Shown piece by piece: positions 26,137 through 38,867 of a stretch of DNA of 64,000 nt (the first letter of the stretch is position 1; the number at the start of each line of letters is the position of its first letter). This DNA comes from Somniosus microcephalus. Lineage: Eukaryota. Made by a program: the position numbers and the translations under genes. The notes below the pieces were generated by a model. It was not told the DNA's origin. It was given only the letters and a program-made list of their open reading frames with translations, and ran no database searches. Where the stretch lies: assembly GCA_052327205.1 (NCBI GenBank), contig CM126225.1:22940001-23004000 (forward strand), read 5' to 3'.

Positions 26137-27114
26137 CTGACCAGGCGGGAAAGAAAAAATAAAGAGAACTGGTGGGTAAGACATTGTTGTCAAGTACCGA
26201 GAAGATGATAGAGAAAGCATGTCAATAATTAGCAAAAGGCACCATTACAAATTCACCCCTCAAAAGTAGATTGAAAGAACTATTATTGTAGAAATAATTT
26301 TACTGTTGCCCCTTTATGGTATCTAGGACTTAAATGACACATTTTTTCTGTTGTTCATTCTTTAGTACTTTCTACTTAATACATGGTAATCTTTTAAAAA
26401 TAAAACTCGATTGAGTCTCTTTTACTCCATGGATACTCTTGTGTAATCAGTACCAACCCAATCACCTCCCCCCGCCCCCCCGCCCCCCCCCCCCCCACAC
26501 ACACACACAATGTAGAAAACTCGCTTCTGAGGCCTTTTGGCTGAAATATTTTCACATTGTTCCAATGATTTCTCGCGCGCATTTAGAGAACTCCACGTGT
26601 CTGCAGATAGTTACAATGCCGGATCTGTGCAAATGTTTGCTCAATCCTTCTTTGTCACTGAATACATTCTGGTAAAACCAATCCAGTTCTATGTCTGATC
26701 ATGAATTTGCCCTACGTACTGCATGTAACAGGTTTCCACTGTCATCATTTCATTAGCTCTTATTTTCTAAAGTTAGATATACTAGTAACAAGAGGACAGA
26801 GCTAGTCAATCAGTGAAAAACGAACGATATAAATACCTATAGTAAAACATATATAATAGCATAAATAATTATAAAAAAGATTATTTGAGCTACAGAAAAA
26901 GCAATGGGAAAATGCAAGTAAGCGTATTAATATGGTAATGCGAGATTGTGAGGAATGTTTGGGAAACAAGTATGGAGAGAAAGCTTGCATTTCAAGTGTC
27001 CCATTATCATGCTTTAGGTTGTTGATGTACCTGCTTTTGAGCCAGTGTAGAAAAAAAGCGAGGCCTGCCTCAGCAATAAAACGGGTGTGGAGCTTAAATC
27101 AATACTGATTCTTA

Positions 27115-27396
<282 letters not shown>

Positions 27397-29162
27397 TTAA
27401 GCACATCACAAACAATTAAACATAGACTCTCTGAATTGTCGCGATTTCACATTAAAAAAAAAGCAACGCAGCAATTAAGAGGTCAGACGAGGCAAAGAAT
27501 TTCTTCCTCGCTGCAGGAATTCCAATTCACGTTGTGAATGCAAAGTAAACCAAATGCAATACAGAGTGAACATCTTATATTGTTACATTCCTTCAGGAGT
27601 TCAACACTTCAAAACTCTGTGCCTAATTCATTACACGAGTTAAGTCAATGTTTTATTTAATGGTACAAATTATAGAAAGAGGGAGGAAACTGCTAATTAT
27701 TATTATTGATAATTATTATTACAAGATGCAAGCCAGAGCTTTATCATCTCATTTGAATAGTGAAATCCCTTTTCGGGTTTCCTGTTTCACGTCATTCATA
27801 CAGTCTAATCTTTACTTATTAATGACTTTATGTATTTACATATGTAGTGTGCCCATGGGGTAATGAAATCCTTAAACAATTAAGCAAGCCATCCTGACAC
27901 AGTGAAAACGCACAGTGCCGGAGCGAGGAAACTAACCATAGGACAATCTTTACAGGGTTCCATTTGGAATCGTGTGACCATGTTATTATTTTCGCCTGCA
28001 TTTGTCCCTTTAGAATAGTGGCAGGAAGAACTATTCATTACTTGGGATTAAAACTCAACTTTCCCTGTCCGCAATGCACGTTTGCAGCACATCCTAGCTT
28101 GCTCTTAGTATTTCACTATAGTCGGGTCTGCGGGTTAACAGCGAGCCTGACCAAAGAGAGACAGAGTTCATTCCGGCCAAGTGCTGAAACCAGTTTATGG
28201 TCTACGCCCTAACTCGAACCCAATGCCCCGACCTAGTTTCTGGCCTCACAACCCCTGTTGGGTTCAAATGTCTCTATAAACAGGTTTTGGGACTGTTTCA
28301 TTCCTATATACATAACAAGCTTGTACTCTGAATGATTCTTTGTATCATTGCTAAGAAATATAGAGTAACAAGTTTAAACAGTGTGTTTAATCGTGATCTC
28401 GTCTTAACTTCCTTAGAGACAGATGCTTTCGATTGGTGGTAATTTCCACTTTTTCGCGTAGAGAGATTTTAAAAAAAGCCCCTGTTAAATATACAAACTG
28501 ATTTTCACTTTCACACGTGAGTTGGTGTTTTCGCTCGAGTCCCGTGCAACTGATTTTGCACCAGTTCCAGCCACTGCTCGAATGAACATTTGTGTCATGT
28601 CTTATTTGATATTGTCAAACGCGCCTGAGTATTCTGCAGCCGAGAACGTTTTAGTCACCCCGGGTGGTTCAACCAATTACAATGCATTCCCTTGACAAAG
28701 TACCGGACACCCTGTCGTCCAGCATGAGGTGGCACCCTACTCTGCTTGTATAATGACAGCGCCAGACTACCTCGAATGGTTCAGCTCTAGAGATTACATG
28801 TGCATATTCTATCGAGTTAAACACTCCATTCTAATACATGCATTCTTTCTGCAGTGTTTCAGCTTTCTCAGATCGTGGAAAGGTTTAGTAAAATAGCACC
28901 TAGTAAACTGAATGATCGCTTTAAGAAGCGTCCGGTCAGGTGTGAACGCTCGGATTCAAAGACTACACTGCACTGGCACGGCATTCTCCCTTTAACAGTC
29001 ATTCAAGCAGCAGAACTCCTCCAGGTCTCAAGCTCTCTCCTGTAAGGGAATGCAGGGAATATGACTACCCAGCAATTCGTTTGCACTGAACGTTCCGCTG
29101 GAATGTCTTCCAGTTTGTTTCTGGCTACAGACAGCGATTGGGAAATTTGAAAGCGCCTTTAC

Positions 29163-29496
29163 CTCTCTCGGCTGCGGCTATTTGATGATCCCTGTTGAAA
29201 TGCCCATACTGACGGTACGAGTTACTGTAAGCATACTCGGGCTTTTGTGAATAGGAGCCAGGCCCGGGAATATTGCTCAGATTGAATTGATGGTACGGAT
29301 AGTGGTTCACCGGCTGAGAATAGGCTGAAGTCGGATAATAATCGTGCTGAGGATGACAGGACTGTGGGTTATAGTAACCAACATCTGTAGCCGTAGACTC
29401 TGGCAGAGTTGGAGAATCTTTCGCAGGGTGGCATCCCATAGAGCCCTGGATGTCCGTAAGAAGACTGGGCAGCTTTTTCTCATAGGTTCCACTCAT
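29163..29496 (-). CDS. dlx3: Distal-less homeobox protein Dlx3, coding exon 1 of 3
   Basis: ATG at 29496 gives [42 protein letters not shown], with the DllA-type SPTLPES motif and Dlx3-like N-terminus. Donor GAG|GTAAAG, phase 1 (334 nt). Confidence 0.95.
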
Positions 29497-29669
29497 TGTT
29501 CCAAACAATATATATATGTATATATATATATATTAAAAATAGACGATTTGATCTTTAAAATGCAAAGATCAAACTATGCACACATCACTCTGCGCCGTGG
29601 AGACGAGATCCTTACAGCAACTGCAACTCAAAGCAAACTGATGTAACCCAACAATCCCAGCGTGGTTAA

Positions 29670-29720
29670 ACCCCTAATTATATGGAACAGAAGGGTGGAT
29701 ACAGGAAGCTTATTGGTTCC
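29670..29720 (-). promoter_or_regulatory. Putative dlx3 proximal promoter
   Basis: On the minus strand, CCAAT at 29716-29712 followed about 30 nt later by TATA-like ATATAATTA (29683-29675), about 180 nt upstream of the ATG. Mammalian Dlx3 has a CCAAT/NF-Y-dependent promoter. Confidence 0.5.
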
Positions 29721-31708
29721 AGAGATGTCGCCGAGAGAACCAGTCCAAGTTTTTTCAGACTTCCCACGCTCATATTTGTGGAGCCAAGTCTATTATCACT
29801 CTTCCTCAACTATTAAAAGTGTCTGCCTTTTTGTAGATGTTCCCTCCAAGCATTCATTTTAAGGGGCTTGAAGAATTTCAACAGAATTCGGAACAAGTTC
29901 CGACTCGTATTTTTTTTTTACTTCTCAGTTTTGATAACTCTGGTTTTATTTCTTAAAAGGGTGATACCCGACCTACAAGGGGGGGGGGGGGGGGTTAACT
30001 CCGGATAGTTTTTGTTGACGGCAAGTTACGTATTCTAGAAAAAAAAGTACAAAGGAAATATATACATGTCGTCTGATAATCTGTGTTTAACCCACACTGA
30101 CGGGGTCCACTGAAGAATCATATTTATAATTTTTTAAAGGTGCAACTCAAACTTCACCATGCATTCCTGGTTGAATAGCTGCAATGGGCTTTAAACTGAA
30201 TACTTTTTTTTAAAGATACAACTTATCAGCCGCTGTCACATAAATATCGAAATCCTTTAATCTGTAATTCGTAGATCTTCCACTTTTAACCGTATATATA
30301 ATTTACATCGGATATACGGCACAGAAACAGGCCATTCGGCCCAACCAGTCCATGCCGGCGATTAAAATGTGTTCTTTTTAATGTAATATAATCAAGGTTG
30401 TGTAAAACTATAAAACCCACCTCCAGCAATCCAGCAGACTGTTTTGGTTGCAGGGTGTTAGGTGTGGTCTAACCTGTGCTGCAGGTTTTCCCATGGTTTC
30501 AGACGCCATAAAGAAAAAAACAATGCAAATGTTGTCTGTACCTTTTGCGAAATACCCTTCCACGGTGCGCCGAAACAGGCTGCAAACAGCGGCGGAGCAG
30601 AGGACTTGTGTGTGAGTCACGGGCCGCCAAGAGGTGCTCTCCAGGCCCCCGCAGACTGACACCGCCGAGCGGCGCCCAGTGTGCGGGGACTCGCTGTCAG
30701 AAGATGACTAATTGTTTATCTGATGCGCCACGAAAAAATGGAGCAAAGCCGCGAACAGAATCAATTCTGCTCCTTGGAAAGATGTCCACTTTTATGAGGG
30801 TCGAGAAAAACTTACAGGTGCAAGTAAAGGAAAGTAAACTGTTGGTTCAAAACAAAACAACTCTGCAGAATGTGAAAAGTGACTAATATGAAAGAGGGTC
30901 CCTTATTTTAGAGAACAGTATAGCTGGCCCAACAAATCCAATTGTACTTATTTTAAGATGCGCTTAATACAGACTGACAGTCCCTACAAATTACCACATG
31001 TCCTTTTATCTTGCAATATTTCACATAAAACTTAATGATGTCCTTGACATCAATGTACAGCAATGCTTCCTCCAGTTGCACATGGTTAGGAAGAGGCATG
31101 TTTACAGTCACTGTGTGACTGTTCCTATTTTATCTTTCGGGGCTTTTTAAATGAGACAGTGGAGGAGAGAGCCAGGGACATAAAGCAGCAAACCACCAGT
31201 ATAATAAGTCTGCTGCTCCCCTTATATCGTTTAACGAAATTTAGCTGCAGTTTTTCGAACTATTTTCTCAGTTGTTGCCTGTCCCTAGATGTCAGAAACA
31301 ATCTTTAGTAATGCAGCAGGACTATAATTGGCGCAAGGTAAACTGAACTGATTTAGTTTTCCTCATAGATCATGGGAACACGTTGTGATACAATTAATAT
31401 ACTAGCTAGAAAACACAGTAACGAAGTTAGTTTATAATCAGGACCCAGTTCTCCAACAACATGTATCATTCTAATACTGATTCTTGACGCTAATAGAAAA
31501 CAAGTAAATTCAATTCTTAGGTGATTAATACTAGTTTTATTTTATTATTATACGTTTCAGTAGGTGTGAGTTAAAGGGCATTGATCGTATTGCAAATTAC
31601 CGAACAGTGTAAGGACATTTCTGTTACTAGGAGATTGAGTCGAGAAACATGAAAGACAACCCCATTTTTTTAAACCAGTGATGTTGTCTGTCGAACCATT
31701 ATTCGATG

Positions 31709-31730
31709 TGCAATGGTGCCACCTAGTGTT
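31709..31730 (-). promoter_or_regulatory. CTCF-like motif
   Basis: Minus strand AACACTAGGTGGCACCATTGCA matches the CTCF core CCACYAGRKGGCRC with one mismatch. Confidence 0.5.
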
Positions 31731-32471
31731 TTTTCAGTATAGAATCGGCCACTCCATAATTTATAAGTTTATCTTCGTTTATTAATAATCTTTCTGAAGC
31801 AAAGGTTCACCATAAGCGATCTTGCCACTAGCGGTTCATTATTATCTAGTAGAGAGAAGGCTAACAGTATCTCACACGATTAGATCAATAATTTAATAGA
31901 TTATGTTTTAAACTTTGTTTAAAAAAATGAAAAGTTGATAGCAATTACATTTTTATATCATTGAGCGTTCAGTCAGATACAGTGAAAAAGTTTAAAATAC
32001 CACCCCTGCACATCCCGCAAATGACCCTAAAAGGGTCATGTTGGGCAACTGTTAAAGGCACTGTTAAAACAGGCGCAGATTGTGTGTTGAGCACCAGGCT
32101 CAATCGAACGTGAAACCTGTCGGACATTTAGAGGCATGTCACATGCAAGCGTTTAATTAACGCTTTTTAAAAAATAGCGTGGGTGTCTGGCACATGTCGG
32201 TACGTGCTGGGCTTAAGAAGTGAGGTGTTGTGTTTGAGGGTCACACCCGTGAAGGAATATTATTCAACATGTTTTGGAATCTAATGTTAACAAAGTTTAC
32301 AAACTTGGCTGGTTCGATTCAACATATTTAGCTAGACGCCAATATGGATATTCACGAGTCATGGCTCCTCAACATCGAATCTGTTTCTTTCGTTTTGGGG
32401 GAAAAAAGGTTATTAGGAGCAGAATTAACAAGTTTTTCAAAAGTATTTCTTAGAGACAAACCAGTTACTAG

Positions 32472-33470
32472 TTCAAAAGCAAAATACTGCGGATGCTGGA
32501 ATTCTGAAATAAAAACAGAACATGCTCGAAATACTCAGCAGGTCAGGCAGTATCTGTGGAGAGAGAAACAGGGCTGGATTTTGCCAGCCCTGGGGAGGCG
32601 GGTTTGGAGTCGGGACTGCCGGGAAAATGGCAGAATTAGGGGGCGGGTACCCAACCCGCCTCCATGCCATCTTGCCAGGAGGCGGGTAGCTGACCCACGC
32701 CGGGTCCTGCCTCCTCGAGGTGGGAAGGGGATTAATGCCAATTAACTGCCTGTTAACAGGTAGTTAACCGGCAGTTTTTTGGCTAATCCCTATTTTGAGC
32801 CCTGAAGTGTGGGCTTCCTGATGGCTCCGAAACTCGCCAGGGTCAGCGAGGTGGGCCGTCGGTCTGCGGGGGTCGGAGGGGACAAGATGTCCGGTGTGCA
32901 GGTGAGTAATGGGTGCATGTGTGCAGAGGTAAGTGTGTGAGGTTTGTGTAAAGTTTTTCAATAAGTTTACTTACCTATACTTCCTGCAGGCTTCCTCCCT
33001 TCAGGTCTCGGGAGTCCCTCAGCTCACCGGCACAGAAAGCAAAATGGCCGCTGAACTGTCAAAAGCTGCAGCCTTCTGCTTTCTGCTCAGGAAGGCTTTC
33101 TAATTGAGTCTTGAATAAAGACACAACTTAGAAGACAGATTGTCAGTGTTTGACAGCTTCACAGAGCTGTCAAACGATGACATTTCATCTGTCAAAAGCT
33201 CTTGACAGATGAAACGGCACTCGCTGACGTCATCTGTAACTGGCTTTCCCTTAATTGGCCTGCTGAACCCGCTGGGTGGGCGTAACAAGGTCAATCAAGG
33301 GAAAATAGTGTGGGTTGGCCACAAGTCAATGGAGGCGGGACTAAAACCCAACAAGTGGGAGTCCCGCCTCCAAAAGCTCCCCCTTGACAAAATCCAGCCC
33401 ACAGAGTTCTGACAAAAGGCCATCATCCTGAAACTGACCTGCTGAGTGTTTCCAGCATTTTCTGTTCGCA
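32472..33470. mobile_element. Penelope-associated repeat split by a MITE (halves 32472-32570 and 33401-33470)
   Basis: aaatactcagcaggtcaggcagtatctgtggagagagaaaca and acagagttctgac...gacctgctgagtgtttccagc join into one element when the insert is removed. Confidence 0.65.
32571..33400. mobile_element. Non-autonomous DNA transposon (PIF/Harbinger-like MITE)
   Basis: TIR GGGCTGGATTTTG...CAAAATCCAGCCC, 3-bp TSD ACA (32568-32570 and 33401-33403), subterminal inverted similarity. Confidence 0.75.
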
Positions 33471-33524
33471 TTCCAGTTATCAGTCGTTACAATCTGTTGT
33501 ATTGAGTGATTGAAACATTGCGAC

Positions 33525-33705
33525 TGTTGAAATAGAACCAGAAAATGCTGGAAATGCCCAGCTGATTGGTTAACATCTGGGGGAAAAAAGGCAAGTCAAT
33601 ATTCCTGGCACTAACCCACCGGCAGGGTTCGCTGAAACATTCAGGTGCTGACTGGCCCACAAAACATTTCTAGACTTTTCTGTTGTTTCAGATTTCTAGT
33701 ATTCA
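33525..33705. mobile_element. Degenerate Penelope-associated palindromic repeat
   Basis: cagaaaatgctggaaatg...catttctagacttttctg inverted arms. Confidence 0.45.
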
Positions 33706-34199
33706 AGTTTCTTATTTCTACAGAGGAATTGTTTCATACATTTAAAAACGCAGTGGGAACAGTCAAAGTAATAGGCCACTTATACTAGTCTTATGCTAAT
33801 GAAAAGCAGTCTCAGCTTTGCATTAACACAAACAGTGCGGTGTAATTCAGGTACAAGGTCACCCAAAATGCACTTAGACAAGAGGGTGTAAGACCATCTC
33901 CAGGAGATGGTCCAACACTGCTTAGGCTTTGCACCTGCTGCAATTTAATTAAAGTCTGGCACAAGCCAAGTTTAAAAGCTTAATTTTAACATTTTTGATC
34001 TTACCAGAGAACTGACTGTCCCAGTGAGACTGGTACTTAGAGTACAAATGACTCCTTATATTACAAATCAATTTAAGCACACAGTAGTGCATAACTTATA
34101 CCAACACTACCGATTTAGTGAGAACAGTCCCAAAACAGTGAGACTCACTGAATGATAATGAGACTTGTGCTGTAGGTGAGTTTATTTTATAATGACTAC

Positions 34200-34610
34200 A
34201 GTTTGGCTCAGTTGGTTGTCCTCTTGCTTCTAAGGATTTAAGCCTCTATGAGTTGAACACATAATCTAGACCGATACTCCAGTACCAAGGAAACACTGCA
34301 CTGTCAGAGATGCCGTCTTTGGGATGAAATGTTAATGCTAGGCTCCGCCCACCTGTTAAAGTGGACATAAAATCCCTTTAGTATAATTGGAAGAAGAGCA
34401 GGAAGTTATCTTGGTCAGCATTCCTCCCTCAACACTGCCAAAAACAGGTCATTTATCTTGTTTCTGGAATTTTGCTGTGTGCAAATTGGCTGCGGTGTTT
34501 GCCTGCTTAAAATAATAAACCACACTTCAAAAAGTAATTCAATAGATGTAAAGCACTTTGAGATTTTCTGAGAGTATGATAGAGTGCTATATAAATACAC
34601 AAGTAAAAAA
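34200..34610 (+). mobile_element. tRNA-derived DeuSINE (SacSINE1-like)
   Basis: Decayed tRNA head (ggctcagttggtt), central atgccgtctttgggatga, ttgctgtgtgcaaattggctgc Deu-like box, L2 tail. Confidence 0.6.
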
Positions 34611-35052
34611 TACTGGGAAACAAACATGTTAACATGCTTGGATAAAATTCTTTGTCTACCTTTTTAATGAAAGCATTGCCCATTTACTTCAAAGGAAGCA
34701 AAAAAAATGCACAGCCTATTACCCACTTATTTTAAATGGGTTAACCCCTTCATTAAAACAGGGAACTAAGGAATTTCATCAGAACATGTGAACATAGTCT
34801 CAACCACTTTTGATTTTAAGACAATCATTTACGTCACATTGGGTTTTAACCAAGATCTAGCTGGATGCATTACAGAACTCGATCATGACCCTGTCAAGGG
34901 TTATATGCAACTGTTCTTTGATCCAAATAATGACCAACAGAGATTCACGGTAAGAGGCTTATTCTTATATACAGAACAATTTTCCTATACATTCACCGTT
35001 GTGAAATGAATAGACCAAATTCCATCTTTGTGTTACTTTCTCACATCACTTT

Positions 35053-35174
35053 GGGAGTGAAATTCCTCCTGTCAGTAATTTTACCAAAAAGAAACTTGCC
35101 ATGAGCTCAAAATGGGAAATCCCTTTTGAAACATCAACATTTTTGATAAAATATTAATGGGAGGAATTTCACCC
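35053..35174. mobile_element. Short palindromic MITE
   Basis: gggagtgaaattcctcc...ggaggaatttcaccc terminal inverted repeats with extended internal complementarity. Confidence 0.55.
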
Positions 35175-36372
35175 AGTTAGTGTTGAATTTGTTCAAAAAT
35201 GCAAGCTGAACGCTCAGAAAATATGCTTTGAATTAACCATTACTTTTCCTCATCTGTCTGCCATAACTGCTTGTCTCCATTCAACCTGTGGAAGCTGAGG
35301 TAGTGGGCAATTAGGTAAGTGACTCCTGGGTACTCTGTCAGCAGGAGGAACCCTATGAGTCTGATGGAATTCACAGCTTTCATTGCAGCGGTTTTGCTGA
35401 GATCTCACAAAATGAATCACCGGAAAATACCCAGTTGTCAGCTGCTGGTGGGACTTAAACACAAAGGGGGCGACCTTTGACTTCCTCCCCAAATGGGTGC
35501 GAAGTTGGTGGAGCAACCACTTCACACGAGGCCCAAGCCATTTTGAGCACTGGGCCTCACTAACAGCCTGCCAGTTGTGGAAGGGAAATTGGCCGGCTCC
35601 CATGCTCAGGATCCTGGGCTGTACACCAGGATAAAAAAGGGAGGGAATGCGTTAGTCTTCCAAACAGGAAAAGTGGGGAATAGCCAAACCCACACAGTCA
35701 CAGATCAGCTCACCACAGGTGGCAGAGGCGGTGCCCCTCGAACAATTCTGTTCATCTTACTTGGGTACATTTTTCAGAAATGCCGATATTCCTCTGGTGC
35801 CGTAAAGTCTTCAATTGGATGAAACGCGTGCTTTGTTGGGGGAGGGGATGGTGATCCGGGGAGGGTCCCAAACAGGCCAGCAGCACATCGGAATTTTTTG
35901 AGGGTCCAAGAAGAGCACTCCTGGTTCTCCTGGCCCTGCCCAAAACAAATTAAAAGTTTGCTGGGCTGTTATTTGAGTGGCCCCTAGCCCTCTCTTTAAG
36001 GCCTGCTGGTTAGGCCTCTCAATGCCTGGTTCAAATAGGCAGAGGATGCACGGCACCCACTCTGCCCATTTGTACCTGAAAACTGCAATCAGGGCCTTGC
36101 AACTGGCGTAGACAGCTAATTTACATATTTACGCAGCCTCCTGCCTGTTTCAGACAGGGGTGCTGCTCGCCCATTTACAGACCCGCCTGAAAAATGTATC
36201 GGGCAGGCCTTGGGCATTAATGGAGTGGCCAAGGTGCTGCCCCTCCCCTCAATTTTCAATTACTGGCTGCCCATTTATCAGGCGAGAAATGGGCAGCTGG
36301 CAGTTGAAAATCGCCCCTGAAGTCCCTAGCAGTTAGAAGTGTGCATCTTAACCAAATGGTAAATTAACTTGT

Positions 36373-36833
36373 ATATGGTAAATCAGCTCCAATGGATGGG
36401 TCACATTGTCCGCATGCCCGATACGAGACTTCCAAAACAAGTGCGCTACTCGGAGCTCCGGCTCGGCAAGAGAGCCCCAGGTGGGCAGAGGAAACGCTTC
36501 AAGGACACCCTCAAAGCCTCCTTGAAAAAGTGTAACATCCCCACCGACACCTGGGAATCCCTGGCCCAAGACCGCACAAAGTGGAGGAGAAGCATCCGGG
36601 AAGGCGCCGAACACCTCGAGTCTCTTCGCCGGGAGCAAGCGGAAGCCAAGCGCAGGCAGCGCAAGGAGCGCACGTCAACCCAAGCACCCCACCCACCCGC
36701 CCCTTCAACCACCATCTGCCCCACCTGTGACAGAGACTGTAGGTCCCGCATTGAACTCATCAGTCACCTGAGAACTCATTTTTAATGTGGAAGCAAGTCA
36801 TCCTCGGTTCCGAGGGATTGCCTAAGAGAGAGA
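36373..36833 (+). mobile_element. RTE/BovB-clade LINE, 5'-truncated 3' end
   Basis: QLQWMGHIVRMPDTRLPKQVRYSEL...GGQRKRFKDTLKASL and terminal C2H2 finger CPTC...HLRTH; 13-bp TSD TAAATTAACTTGT (36360-36372 and 36834-36846). Confidence 0.85.
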
Positions 36834-37399
36834 TAAATTAACTTGTTAGTAATAGTAGACATTTATTTAAGGTGACACTAATCCTAAAAGTGTAAACTTC
36901 AAACCCCCTCTCACAGTAACAAATATTTTGCCTGGTTCAGATGAGCCTCCTCAAATCTTAGCTAGATGAAGCCCATATTAAAAGAATCAGCTTGTCAGTG
37001 CCCAGGAATTCATAAAAATGAAGCTTCACTGTCTATCTTTTGATTAGTATTTTAGACAGAACTACAACATTCTTCAAACAGTATTCTTCAAGGAGTTTGT
37101 CTCCTTGCTTATGCTTCACCACATTCTGCAGTCCAAATGATTGCTTGGGAACTTTCTAAACTTCATTTTTCAATTTGTTTAAAGTTAACAGCTCTTTACT
37201 ACTAAACTGCAACCAGTGAGTGAAGGCAAGTGCATGCACGTCAAATTAATCAGTGTCTTTGCATAAGAGTGGGTAATTTATTGCTCGGTCATACGAGAGA
37301 GAGTTTTTTCTTAATTAAAAGCTCCACACTATTATATTTTCTTACTGATTCTTCAAATTAGAACATGTTTATTCACTTCATTTTAGACCATGTAATGAA

Positions 37400-38025
37400 A
37401 ACTTGCAGTCATATAGCACCTTTCGCATCCTTAGGCTGCCTTAAGACCATCACCTTCAATTAATTACTTGCTGTTGTTTTGTAGATAATATGGCCACCAA
37501 TTTACGCACAGCATGGTCTCAAAAACAGCAATGAGATGAATGACCAGCTAATCTGTTTTGGTGGCATTGGTCGAGGGGATGACTAATGGCCAGGACATGG
37601 GGGGACACTCTCTGCTCTTGTTCAACTCATGCCATGGAAACATTTATGCCCACCTGAACAGGCAGGCAGGTCACGGCTTGAGAGATCATTTAAAAGACAG
37701 CATCTCTGACGGTGCAGCACTCCCTCATTATGGCACTGGAGTGTGAGCCTCAGTTATGCGGTCAAGTCTGGGAGTGGCGATGAACCCACATCAATGTTCC
37801 CATTACCTGTGTGGCCGCGTGGCCACACAGCCGCTCATCGCTCTGGAGGTCCCGTGCTGGCTGCGCACTGGCGTTTATATGAGATAAACCACACATGCAC
37901 AAACATTTGAATGGGCTGCGCAGCCCATTAAAGGGCCCGCGCACCGAAAAAAATAAGAGGGATCATTGGCCCACATCCTTCTGAGTCAGAGGTGAGAGAG
38001 CTACCATGGAGCCAAACAGACACAG
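37400..38025 (-). mobile_element. DeuSINE (SacSINE1-like), interrupted by a hAT-like MITE
   Basis: Reverse-complement similarity to 34200 and 40708; head at about 38020 (tttggctccatggtagc...tctgactcagaagg). Confidence 0.6.
37792..37968. mobile_element. hAT-like MITE
   Basis: TIR CAATGTTCCC...GGGATCATTG; 8-bp TSD ACCCACAT/GCCCACAT; related partial copy at about 41000-41135. Confidence 0.65.
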
Positions 38026-38288
38026 TAAATCAAAGAGAATGGATGCAGTGTGGAGCTTGTAATGGAACAATATATTCCCACTAATATGAAGAACACGAAT
38101 AATTCCTTTTTGAGATACATGGGAAGATGAAGCAGAATGATCCAGGATTAGTTTACGATCTCCAATGGTGCCACATTGAGGAGGCTGGAGAATTTTGTCT
38201 TCTGCAGATACCATTTCAGATCTGGCCTTTATGTTTTGGCAGTAGTTTGCAGGGTTCCTTGCTGAATAACACATCTTGTTATTTTCCT

Positions 38289-38867
38289 CCATTCTGAACA
38301 CCTCCGTTCAGTCCGTAAGGGTGACCCCGAGCTTCCGGTCGCCTGTCATTTTAATTCACCGCCCCATTCCCACTCGGACCTCACCGTCCTTGGCCTCTTG
38401 CATTGTTCCACGGAAGCTCAACGTAAACTCGAGGAACAGCACCTCATCTTCCGATTAAGCACTTTACAGCCTTCCGGACTCAATATCGAGTTCAATAACC
38501 TCAGCCCCTATTACATTTTTACTTATATTTTTTATCCACACCTTTGTTTTGGTTTTTCCCCCCTGCCCCCACCTTTCCTTTTTTCACTCTCTCCCACATG
38601 GCAGCTGTCTCCCATTCTGCCAGTGCATTTCACACCTAATCTAGAGCTGTCTTTTGTCTCCACTAGTCCTATCACCATCTCGTCTCGTTTTGAATACCTC
38701 TTAATGTCTCTTCTCTTTTGTTCTCTCCCAGCCTGGTCTCTTAATCCATTTCATTCCCTGTGCCTCTTTAGTCTTGATAAAGGGTTTTGACCCGAAACGT
38801 TGACTCTAATTTCTCTTCACGGATGTTGCCTGGCCTGCTGAGTTTTTCCAGCATTTTCTGTTGTTAT
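38289..38867 (+). mobile_element. Penelope-like retroelement 3' end (GIY-YIG C-terminus plus pseudo-LTR)
   Basis: EHLRSVRKGDPELPVACHFNS...EAQRKLEEQHLIFRLSTLQPSGLNIEFN; decayed hammerhead at 38770-38805; 13-bp TSD TTGTTATTTTCCT (38276-38288 and 38868-38880). Confidence 0.8.

Noticed and set aside
29497-29508. N-terminal extension MFGT of Dlx3 in the ORF track
   Set aside because: Starts at TTG; the true ATG at 29496 matches the Dlx3 start MSG.
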